DNA from: Octopus vulgaris
Taxonomy: Eukaryota
Length of the DNA stretch: 64,000 bases
Direction: 5' to 3'
Assembly: GCA_951406725.2 (NCBI GenBank)
Contig: OX597820.1
Location: 102,176,001-102,240,000 of the forward strand
The notes under the pieces are model-generated. The model had not been told where the DNA came from, did not search any database, and saw only the letters and a program-made list of their open reading frames with translations. A program made the translations under genes and the position numbers. Every line of letters starts with the position of its first letter. Within the stretch, counting starts at the first letter, position 1. Shown here piece by piece: positions 52,912-64,000 of this stretch.

Positions 52912-53082
52912 TACACATGCATATATCTTGTTCTCATGATGGCCAGGTCTATTATTCTGTATATATGACGCACACACAGACACACATATTAACGTATCAA
53001 TAAAGCTTCTCTTAAACATTCTACTCGGTTGTGTCTCTCTTTTACCCTCTGTCACTTATATATATTATTCAATATATATTTA

Positions 53083-53770
53083 TTGTATTGGCTGTGTGAT
53101 GTGGTACTAAGGATGCCATTCCCTTCATCTCACATTGCACAGTCTTTACAATACCTCCCAATGTGGCATGATTTTGTTGGCAAAACAAGTTACAATGCCA
53201 TCCGCAAAAATGATTGTCCTGAAATAAACTTAGAAAATCCCTCTGTTATGGAATGCATTCATAAACACCAACTCAAGGAATATTGGTGAAATATTCCCAT
53301 CAAAACTTCTGTCAAATGTAAACATAACAGGCCAGATATTGTTGTTTGGGACAGAGGAGCAAAGGTATGTGCCATCATAGAGGTCAGCTGCTCTGCAGAT
53401 ATGAATATCTCTTTCAAAAAAACAAAAAGGAAAAGGGAATATCCATAGACAACTGTTTCAAAACTTTCCGCTTCTATATCTTGACTATGAATTCATATAT
53501 ATACCAATAATAATTGGAGCTCTAGGTTTTGTTAGTAAATGCTTAAAGGAGAATCTGAATAAACTGAGATTTTCAGAAGGAGAAACCAACCAGCTAATTC
53601 GTACATTATAACTGCAATCTGTGAATGGAATAGTAAAATTATGCAAGACTTTTCTCAAGTTCTAAATGTTCATTTGTCTGTAGTAACTACATCTTAAAGA
53701 TGGAGCCTTGTATCTTTGTTGGAAACTGGCTCCCTCCTCAGGAGAAGATTTATAAAAATAGAAGAGACAT
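53083..53770 (+). pseudogene. R4/Dong-like non-LTR retrotransposon 3' portion (RLE domain and 3' UTR)
   Basis: YLPMWHDFVGKTSYNAIRK (RHD motif decayed), YW*NIPIKTSVKCKHNRPDIVVWDR.AKVCAIIEVSC (PD-(D/E) nuclease), PIIIGALG. Confidence 0.85.
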
Positions 53771-54105
53771 GAGTAGTTATATGCATGAGAATACATACAT
53801 AAAGCAAAATATACAAATCTGAATGTATACATACACACACACACACACATACATGCATGCATGCATGCATACATACATACATACATACATACATACATAC
53901 ATACATACATACATACATACATACATACATACATACATACATACATACATACATACATACATGCATACATACATACATACATACATACAAAACACACTAT
54001 TGATTTTGTTGACATTCCAATGAAAGAGCCTTGGATCTAGGTTGGAAATTAGCGCTTTCTCTATTAGCAAGAAATCTTGAAATAAAGCTGGATAATGACT
54101 TACAT
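53771..54105 (+). mobile_element. 3' UTR of a second RLE family with internal (ATAC)n
   Basis: Collinear with the reverse complement of 59900-60150. Confidence 0.65.
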
Positions 54106-54368
54106 ACACACACATACATGTGTATATATGTACATATATAAATATATGTATTTTACATGTATCTCTCTCACACACACACACATAGCAAATATATGACGTA
54201 CAGTGATTTTAATCTTTCTGTCCACTACTCTTGCTTGCCATTAAAATAGTTCTTGTAATTTTTCCGATTTATCAAGACAAATCTACATGCGTAAATTGCA
54301 TGTGTATGTGCGTGTGTGTTTGTATATGTATGTGTATACTTGAGTATGTATTATATATGTATGTGGAT

Positions 54369-54417
<49 letters not shown>

Positions 54418-54782
54418 CAAACATGTTTCTGTGATTTCGGTCTCCTTGTCCCTTGTCCGTTTGTCCTTCACAAAAGCACTTCTTGTGATATGTCAAGGCA
54501 AACCTATATATCAATGTTTTCCAACTAAGATGCCATGGCTCACAAATTGTTGAACTGGTGGCGGGGGTGAGGGTGGGGATGCAAAGATTGTCACGTTTAC
54601 ATCATTAATCTTGAATACGCCTGCAGCATTGATTAATTGAGAATAAATTGGTTTCCTTTCTTTAAATTAACTATAAATTTATATGTGCATATCTATCTGT
54701 TTATTTCTCTCTCCCCTTTCTCTCTCTCTCTCTCTTCTTCCTATTTTTCTCTTTTTCCCCACTTTCTCTTTCTCCCTGCACT

Positions 54783-54816
<34 letters not shown>

Positions 54817-54942
54817 CTATCTACTTATCTGTCTCGATCAATCTATCTATCGATCAATCTGTTGGCCTGTCTGTCTGTCTATCTATCGATCAATCTAACT
54901 GTTTGTCTGTCTATCTATCTACCTACCTACCTACCTACCTAC

Positions 54943-54980
<38 letters not shown>

Positions 54981-54987
54981 ATCTATC

Positions 54988-55018
<31 letters not shown>

Positions 55019-55022
55019 CTAC

Positions 55023-55057
<35 letters not shown>

Positions 55058-55117
55058 CATAAACACATGTAACTGTATGTGCATCTATATGTTTGTATAT
55101 GTGCTTGCGTTTTATGC

Positions 55118-55181
<64 letters not shown>

Positions 55182-55247
55182 GTATACACAGTTGCACTTC
55201 TGTATAATTGTTTACAAGCATTTTCGTCAAACAGTTGTATATGCACG

Positions 55248-55285
<38 letters not shown>

Positions 55286-55434
55286 GTGTTAAAGTTAATA
55301 AAATAAAAAGAAAAGGTTATGTTGTTGATTTGAGCTGTCTCCTACAATATTTCAGCTATACTAGCGATAAGAAGAAATCAAAAAGTAAAACAAAATATTG
55401 TTCAGTTGTGAAGTTCATGTTCAAAGAAATATAT

Positions 55435-55673
55435 CTTTTACCATTCTACCTCTAACTTGTTTCAGACATTAGACTGGGGCCATGCTGGAGCATCACCTTG
55501 AAGAAATTTTTCTTTTACCTATTTTTTTCCTTTTTGTAAAGTATGGTACTTGTTCTATTGGCCTCTTTGATTGAACCACTAAGTTACAGGGATGTAGACA
55601 CAAAAACACCAGTTGTCACTGCAGTGGTGGGGGAGAAATACAGACACAAACACACACACACTCCCAGATGGAA

Positions 55674-55704
<31 letters not shown>

Positions 55705-55838
55705 TGATGGGCTTCTTACAGTTTCCATTTACCAAATCAAGTCATAAAGATTTGGTCAGTGTGAGGCTACAGTAGAAGACACTTGCCCAAGGTGCCACGC
55801 AGTGGGATTGAACCTGGAACCATGTGGTTAGGAAGCAT
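55435..55838 (-). mobile_element. SINE family A, head interrupted; remainder at 56298-56362
   Basis: Consensus match on both sides of the RTE fragment. Confidence 0.8.
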
Positions 55839-55839
55839 G

Positions 55840-56296
55840 CGGACCTGGCATCGACCCCGTTCAGATGCTGCTTTTTATGTGCCACCAGCATGGGAGCCAG
55901 ATAGGAGGCACCGGCCACAGCTACGATATTGGTTTTACTTGACTCAACAGGTCTTCTTATGCATATCATATCACCTGAGCATCTGGGGGTATTCTTAATT
56001 GGCTGCAATCTTACTTTAGTTTCCAGGTTTTCTCAATCACAGGATATCTCCAGAGGTCTTGGTCTCCTGTCATTGCCTCTTTGAGGCCCAATGTTCGAAG
56101 TCATGCTTCACCACCACATCCCATGTCTTCCTGGGTCTACCTCTTCCACAGGTTCCTTCCACAGTTAGGGAGTAGCACTTCCTCGCTCAGCTGTCCTCAT
56201 CCATTTGTAACACATGACCATACCAGTGCAGTCGTCTCACTTGCACACCACATCTGATGCTTCTTATGTCCAACTTTTCTCTCAGGGTGCTTACAT
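55840..56296 (-). pseudogene. RTE LINE ORF C-terminus and proximal 3' UTR
   Basis: LREKLDIRSIRCGVQVRRLHWYGHVLQMDED...VEGTCGRGRPRKTWDVVV...DQDLWR, the RTE RL.W.GHV...GRP..TW signature. Confidence 0.88.
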
Positions 56297-57134
56297 GGTG
56301 GGACTGAGCCCAAACCATGTGGTTGGGAAGCAAGCTTCTTACCACTTAGCCATCCTGTGCCTATATTTAATGTAATATTTTTTTCCTAAAAATCTAAGAC
56401 CCTATTAATGCTGGTTACCCACTTTCCATGGCATATAATTGTGATCACAAATTTCCCCTTGAATGGGATGTCAGACTATTGCAGGGTTTAATTTTGAGGG
56501 GACGGGACAAGTTGATTACACCAATCCCATTACTTCACTGGTACTTTCTTTTATTGACCCTCAAGAGATGAAAGGTGAAGATGACCTCATTATACAGATA
56601 TTGATTTATAATCATTGCAGATTTACTAATGGTTAATTTATATTCTGAAAGCGCTATGCTGACAGAATCATTAAAATATCAGACAAAATACTTGTCTGTC
56701 AAAGAAGTATGTAACTTACAAAAAAAATTAATTAAAATTCTATAGCAATCATGGAATGTTTTCTTTTTTCTACCATCTTTTACATTTTCGTTGTTTTGGT
56801 TATTGGATAGTGTGGCATTTTTGGGGTACCTGCTTGAAGGCTTTAGCTGAACAAATCAGGTCTCCTGCTGAACCATTAAATTACAAGGACATAAACAAAC
56901 TAACACCAGTTATGACGTGGCAATAGGACAAAGATAATCACACACAATGAGCTTCTGCTCAGTTTTTGTTTACCAAATTTACTCACAAGGCATTGGTTAT
57001 TCCGGGGCTATAAAAATGAAAACACTTGCCCAAGGTGCTACAGGATGGAATTGAATCTGAAATCATGAGGTTGCAAAGAAAGCTTCCTTAACATATAACC
57101 ATGCCCGTACCCGAGGTGCATTAGTTGTGGTTAT

Positions 57135-57297
57135 AGGTGTAGGCAAGGCTGTGTGGTAAGGAGCTTGCTTCTCAACCACAAGATTTTGGGTTCAGTCCTA
57201 CTGCATGACACCTTGGGCAAGTGTCTTCTACTATAGCCTCAGGCCAACCAAAGCCTTGTGAGTGGATTTGATAGACAGAAACTGAAAGAAGCCTGTC

Positions 57298-57346
<49 letters not shown>

Positions 57347-57590
57347 TATGTGTTTATGTCTTTGTGTCTGTGTTTGTCCTCCATCACCACTTGACAACCG
57401 GTGTTGGTGTGTTTACATCCCTATAACTTAGCAGTTCAGCAAAATAGACTGATAGGATAAGTACAAGGCTTAAAAAAAAAATATGTCCTGGGGTTGATTT
57501 GTTCGACTAAAACCCTTCAAGGTGGTGTTCCAGCATGGCCACAGTCAAATGACTGAAACACGTATAAGTTTAAACAAATAAAAGAATAAA
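57135..57590 (+). mobile_element. SINE family A, head-to-head with an older minus copy at 56770-57110
   Basis: Consensus match. Confidence 0.88.
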
Positions 57591-57919
57591 CAGAATCTGG
57601 AGGAAGATGGAAAACCATGGCACTTGCAGGTTCTTTGATATTAGGAAGAGTGATACTGTTGATGTTCCATTTAAATTATCATAGGTCAACACCTACAGAA
57701 ATGACATGAGCTAGGTGGAGATTCCTGAGAGACAATCTTGTAAGGATGAAGGATTGGACAAAGTGGGTAATGCAGGGAAAACTGGGCTGGATACAACAAG
57801 AGTGATGAGAGCTGGGTGAGAGATGGATGGGTCAGGATTGCCTGAGTGATGGAGTTATGAGACCAACCAGCTCTGATGATCAGAGACCAGTTATGTAGTT
57901 ACTTTGGCAACATATATAC

Positions 57920-58146
57920 TGCGAGCTGGCAGAAACGTTAGCACGCCGGGCGAAATGCTTTGCAGTATTTCGTTTGTTGTTATGTTCTGAGTTCAAATTC
58001 TGCCGAGGTCTACTTTGTCTTTCATCCTTTCGGGGTCGATAAATAAAGTACCAGTTCCGCACTGGGGTCGATGTAATCGACTTAATCCCTTTGTCTGTCC
58101 TTGTTTGTCCCATCTATGTTTAGCCCCTTGTGGGCAGGAAAGAAAT
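57920..58146 (+). mobile_element. SINE family B
   Basis: Consensus match; atatatact on both flanks (probable TSD). Confidence 0.9.
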
Positions 58147-58808
58147 ATATATACTAAAACTGAAGGATTATAAAGAAGATGATCATGAGGAACATTTCAA
58201 AACTCAGCTATTCTTGCTGCTAACTGAGTATGAAGTATAAATGTAAATATGATATGTGATTTATGTTTTAGACTAAGTGTACTGAGCCAGAGAGAATCGA
58301 ATTACTTTGTGATAGAAAACAAACCAATGCAAACCACTCACACTTTAGCTCAGACTCTAACATATTACCAATACTTCCATTTCTGGCCTCCCATCACATC
58401 AAAAATCATGAGGTATATGAATATATTACATAATATAACAAATGTAGATATTATATGGATCGGCAAAAGAAAATATCATATTTCTTATTTGGTTTTCCAA
58501 ACATAAGAAAGCTAAAATATTTTAAAAGTAAGGGATTTGACTATTTTGTATGCAGTGCATAACATGTGATAAATCCTACACTGCGTAAAAGATATCTAAT
58601 GGCCATTTATAACGGATATTTATGAGGCAGTTTCAAGGGATACTGAATGTGCATATTAATTTCATTGTAATTATATGTATGCAAGTATATTATGTGTATG
58701 TTTATATGTATAATATATATATATGTGTGTATGTCTATGTACATATACACAGGCACACAGGCACATGTTAGTGTGAACATGGTATCTTAAAGAGAGCAAA
58801 TGTGTGTA

Positions 58809-58854
<46 letters not shown>

Positions 58855-58928
58855 GTACTCATATATGCGTGAATATATACATGTAGAGGTAGGTACGTAC
58901 ATATATGTATGTATATGTATGCGTATGG

Positions 58929-58981
<53 letters not shown>

Positions 58982-59008
58982 TAGAAGTATATGTAATAAA
59001 TATGCACT

Positions 59009-59045
<37 letters not shown>

Positions 59046-59046
<1 letters not shown>

Positions 59047-59545
59047 TTTCTTTATTGACCACAAAGGATTTACATCAAGAAAAAACATTATGGATGGCAT
59101 AGGACAATATTCTGAATACATGTGTGTGTAGTGTGCATGTGATTACTGTGAGGATTTTGTATCTAAACAGGTTTAACAAAGAGGGAAAAAAAAGAACAGA
59201 ATTCTAACAAAGTGTAACTCTCAATAGAGGGGAGATGTTGAAGGGCTGCTCATGGAAAAACTCCATAAAACAATGGATACTCTGACTTCTGGGGTAGGAG
59301 CATTTTTTAAATTCCTTATCTCCAATTGACAGGCATATGCTCAGGGCAGGCCCATTCACTCACACCTTCTGTGATCAATCTTCCAATGAAATGGCTGGAA
59401 GGCAACACTGCACTCTCCACCCTTATTTTCCACTTCAAGAGGGATTAGCAAAAGAGGAAAGTGTTTGTCTTCAGCCCCTTTAATTTTGTCCCCCCATACA
59501 ACCTCTTTCGCCATGGCCACCCGGCGTATAAAAACTGCCTGTCAT
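59046..59545 (-). pseudogene. L1/Tx1-like LINE 3' end
   Basis: Frameshifted AVFIRRVAMAKEVVW.TKLKGLKTNTF...LKWKIRVE resembles the L1/Tx1 ORF2 C-terminal AK..IW..R region; 3' end cctttgtggtcaataaagaaat. Confidence 0.5.
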
Positions 59546-59899
59546 AATAATTGTTTCTAATACAGACACAACACAATGAAAGCCAGAGGTGTAGGCCCAG
59601 TACATGGAATAAAACACAAGGAAACAAAAAAGTGAACAGGAAAAGACCCACAATGAAGAAAGGGTGCATAGGTACATCGGGAGTAATGCTGGTGAATTTT
59701 GGGAAGCAAAGAACTTTTGAAGGATACAGGGTACTGACAGCAAACAATCAACATGTGTAGTTTGTTTCAGTTTTTGACAAGTCCTTGTGTGAAAAAATGT
59801 ATGTATGTATGTATGTATGTATGTATGTATGTATGTATGTATGTATGTATGTATGCATGTATATATGTTTGTATGTATGTATGTATGCATGTATGTATG

Positions 59900-60575
59900 T
59901 ATGTATGTCATTTTTCTGTTTTACTTCAAGATTTCTTGCCAATAGGGAGAGTCAGTTTCTAATCTAGAGCCAAGGCTCCTTCATTGGATTTTCAACAATA
60001 TCAACAGGGCATTTTTCTATGTATGTATGTATGTATGTATGTATGTATGTATGTATGTATGTATGTATGTATGTATGTATGTATGTATATGTGTAGATTT
60101 GTATGTTTTGTTTTATGCATGTCTTCTCATGCATATACTTGCATATCTAGACATGCTCATATATTCTTAAATGGTAAACTTCTGGTAAGTTTTATAGATT
60201 TTTACAGTTCCAGTGATGGCTTGGATCTGTAGTCTTAGAATCAGCTTTCTCCTTTCTGGTTTTGCAGTGTCCCAAAATTACAGGTATAAACCTGAACTTG
60301 TAATCTGGATAGAGTAACTGTAGATTTCTCAATAGTTCAGCGTAGGTGTTCTCTTTTTCACTGATCTTCAGCTTTATGTTAACATCTGCTGGGCAGCTGA
60401 TTTCCACAACTGCACAGTTTCTCTTCTCTATCCCAAATCATTATATCAAGTCTATTGTGTTTACATTTTATTCAGGTTTCCACTGGGATATTCCACCAGC
60501 ACTCATGAGTGGCTATGGCTTCCACCACACTGTGGATCCTTATTTCTTTGTCCTCGGGGTTATCCTTTCGATAGG
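59900..60575 (-). pseudogene. RLE (R4/Dong-like) retrotransposon 3' fragment, second family
   Basis: EISCPADVNIKLKISEKENTYAELLRNLQLLYPDYKFRFIPVILG; 3' UTR holds an internal (ATAC)n and ends in (ATAC)n. Confidence 0.82.
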
Positions 60576-60580
60576 TACAT

Positions 60581-60805
60581 ACTCTTTACTCTCTCTTTTA
60601 CTCTTTTACTTGTTTCAGTCATGTGACTGTGGCCATACTGGAGCACCACCTTTAGTCGAGCAAATCAATCCCAGGACTTATTCTTTGTAAGCCTAGTACT
60701 TATTCTATCGGTCTCTTTTGCCGATCCGCTAGATTACGGGCATGTAAACACACCAGCATCGTTTGTCAAGTGATGTTGGGGGTGGGGACAAACACAGACT
60801 CACAA

Positions 60806-60848
<43 letters not shown>

Positions 60849-61028
60849 TATATACATATATATACGATGACTTCTTTCAGTTTCCGTCTACCAAATCCAC
60901 TCACAAGGCTCTGGTCGGCCTGAGGCTATAGTAGAAGACACTTGCCCAAGGTGCCACACAGTGGGACTGAACCTGGAACCATGTGGTTCGTAAGCAAGCT
61001 ACTTACCACATAGCCACTCCTACACCTA
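60581..61028 (-). mobile_element. SINE family A
   Basis: Full consensus match. Confidence 0.9.
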
Positions 61029-61593
61029 TTCTCTGTATACTATTCTCTTTCTCTTTTAGTTTTAGAGTAAATTTTGACAATCCAGTTATGATGTAGCAAG
61101 GTTATGAAGGAAAGTATCTTGTTTTAACCATCAACCTTTAAATCTTAAAAAGGTTTCACAGATTTTTATAGTCCCAGATATTGTGATCATTTGTAACATA
61201 TGAATTAAGGATTATTTGCATTCTCTCCCCATGACCTCAAGTTCAACCATACTTTGCTCCAGATGGGTATGTATGCACGTATGCATGAATGACTGCATTA
61301 TATGGATACATATGTATATATGTACGTTCGCATGTCTGTACATGTATGTATACATGCATGTATGTAAGTATGTATGTGTGTATGTATGTATATAATGGAT
61401 TAGCATGCTCTCTGGTTGATGTAATATCTTTTTCATTGATATGCATGTAAATATGATGGTATGTATATATCTCTGTCTGTCTGTCTGTTTGTATGCGTGT
61501 ATGATGCATATAGTTTGTATGTGTTTGTACATACATACATATATGCATACATACATACACATACATACATACATACATACATACATACATACA

Positions 61594-61682
<89 letters not shown>

Positions 61683-61728
61683 CTAGACAGCTAGCTAGAT
61701 CACCAGATAGGTATATATATATATATAT

Positions 61729-61771
<43 letters not shown>

Positions 61772-62050
61772 CTTCATACCTGTTTATATATAAAGTGGAC
61801 AAAGCCTAACACTTGATACCAGCCTATCTAAGATTACCCGTTCTTCTGTGATAAAAACTTTCTATTTTGAAAAATATTCTACATTAAAATCTTCCAGCAA
61901 AATTTCAAGCAAATCTATCTTCTAAAGACTAGTAAAACGACAGTCACTTCAGAAATTCTTCATTATTTTTAAAATTAAGTGAAACATTGGTTGTAGTTTA
62001 ACAGAAATATAGTAAAAAAAAAAGAACAATGTAAATATATTTCAACTTAC

Positions 62051-62091
62051 AATCGTTGTATTTGAACTGATATGTTAAAGTAGGTTAAGTT
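62051..62091 (-). other. Candidate 41-nt exon
   Basis: Long pyrimidine-rich tract ending ccttttccttgtAG; donor GTAAGT. Confidence 0.45.
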
Positions 62092-62746
62092 CTACAAGGA
62101 AAAGGCCAGAGGCACTATATTTTTCAAAGAGAAATGAATACAATAGAAAAATGGAAAAGAAAGAGAAAATGGAGAATGTCATCTTGCTAGCAGTAACAAT
62201 TTCAATCAATCAGAAACTCACATTAACTTCATACTTTGGTCAATTCATCTGAGAATGGAGAAGATTGAGCAAAGCTATTGAGGAATTGGTGGTTTGTATA
62301 TTTGTTGTTATCACTACAATGTGTCCATGACCAACACACTCAATTCATAAACAGTTCAGTTCATTAAATGGTAAATGGATTCCATAGAGTAGAAAGAAGT
62401 TGTTGTAAGCAGTGACGACACTTTAGAATTGACAGATGTTCTGTTTTGTTTAATTTAGAGAACTGTGTTCAATTCCTGCTGTGGATGAAACCTGTTGGTG
62501 GTAAATTGGCCTCAACAAGTGGATATAACACAAAAAAGGTGGTTGTGGAGGAAACAAACTTTTAATTATACTTTCACAAACGAATCAAATCACCATCACC
62601 AACATCATCATCATCATCATCATCATCACCAACACTATTATCATCATGACTTTGGTTTCATAGGAAGTAAAGAAGAAGATGCAATAACTAACGAGTATTA
62701 CATTTCTTTCTAAGATACATTCATAGAATAATAATCACTGTCTTAC

Positions 62747-63150
62747 CTGAAAAAAATCTTCCACATTTTCTTCAAGTAAATTTATACACAAAATGCTTTT
62801 TTCTTCCTGGGCAGTTTTTTTTGCAGTCTGCTTCTGTTCTCAGTTAATCACTTTATACACTCCCTTAGTATCTCACTCTCTCTCTCTTTTTCTTTCTCTC
62901 TCTCTCCCTCTTTCTCTCTCTCTCTCTTTCCCTATCTTCCTCTCAATGCCAGCAGCTGGTACTACCAAATAAATATACAAGGTAAACAGTTTGCTTATAT
63001 CAAAACTGCTGTTTTCAACCAGTCGCCCATCCCTCAGCCAACTGGCAGCACCAATCTGTCAGCAGGTAACAACAGCAGTAACTCACTTGCACACCTGATA
63101 TGCAGCTAGATGGTCATCTATTTTCATTTTAATATGGCCAATGAGGAAGG
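62747..63150 (-). promoter_or_regulatory. Candidate first exon/promoter region of a minus-strand gene
   Basis: Donor TCAG|GTAAGA at 62747; repeat-free sequence with CCAAT motifs (~63050, ~63138) and several CANNTG boxes; 5' boundary unknown. Confidence 0.3.
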
Positions 63151-63539
63151 AGGTGGAGGGGATGAACTGGGAACTTATTGGTGTTATTTACTTTAAATCT
63201 GTCTAATTTTTGGCTGTTAGTACATAAACAACATCATCATCACCCCAGATCTATCATTGTTATCAACAGTAGCATCATTAGCAATATCCTCATCCCGTGG
63301 ATGTGATATTGCCAGAGAACTGACTGCTATTTCTAGCAGGTCATGCAACTGGATAGAGGCACAACATTGGGCAGTTTTTACCATCCTTTCCTCTTCTTTC
63401 CTTCCCTTCCCTTCACCATCACTATCACCATGACCCATGCAACCACCACAAAAACACTCCCTTCCCCTCCTCCCTCCTCTCTTCCTTCTCTTTCTTCCCC
63501 TATCTCCCCCTCATACCCGGTTCCCCATCTTGCCATCCT

Positions 63540-63593
63540 CCTAAATCCCTCCTCCTCCTCGCTCCTTCTCCTCTCTTCCCCTTCTTCTGCCTT

Positions 63594-63624
<31 letters not shown>

Positions 63625-63840
63625 ATCATCATCATCATCATCCACATCATCATCCTCATCATCATCATCATCATTTACTCTATCAAAGACATCACTACTG
63701 ACTTTTTCATTGTAAACATCACCATCCTTTACACCGCCGCTGCTGCCGCAACCATCACCATCACCACCACCACCACCACCACCACCACCAACACTATCAA
63801 CACCACCACCAACACCATCAGCACCACCACCAGTGTAGCC
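63540..63840. repeat. (CCT)n/(CAT)n/(CAC)n low-complexity tract
   Basis: Direct inspection. Confidence 0.9.
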
Positions 63841-64000
63841 ACTGTTGTTATAATCATATTTACTTCTATCAACATCTCCAATATACTTGCTATAACAAGC
63901 ATACCTAACACCCAAATTATTATGAATGGACCAAAAGAAAGAAATTCCAAACTCATACAAATCCAGAAGAAGCCATTCTACCACTTTCCTGGCATTAATA

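Overview
AT-rich, repeat-saturated eukaryotic non-coding DNA with no intact protein-coding gene. The SINE families and dense (TA)n/(CA)n/(ATAC)n/(CAT)n microsatellites suggest an octopus/coleoid cephalopod genome (inference). Nearly all ORF-track entries are microsatellite translations or SINE read-through. Supported content: three tRNA-head SINE families; many RTE-LINE 3' tails plus RTE ORF relics; R4/Dong-type (restriction-like endonuclease) LINE relics in (TAA)n and (ATAC)n tracts; an L1/Tx1-like 3' end; a mariner and a Tc1 pseudogene; a full-length decayed Buster-type hAT with a perfect 8-bp TSD; a Helitron; Helentron-type HINEs; TTAA MITEs. A few small candidate exons suggest the window is mostly giant introns at the 5' end of a minus-strand gene (exons near 62.7 kb, 62.05 kb and 34.1 kb, the last ending in ATG|GTAAG). 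The most interesting signal is a set of Penelope-like pseudo-LTR fragments carrying minimal hammerhead ribozyme motifs, with three different Watson-Crick versions of the core 3-8 pair (C-G, U-A, G-C), several arranged as inverted-repeat insertions in (TA)n tracts.
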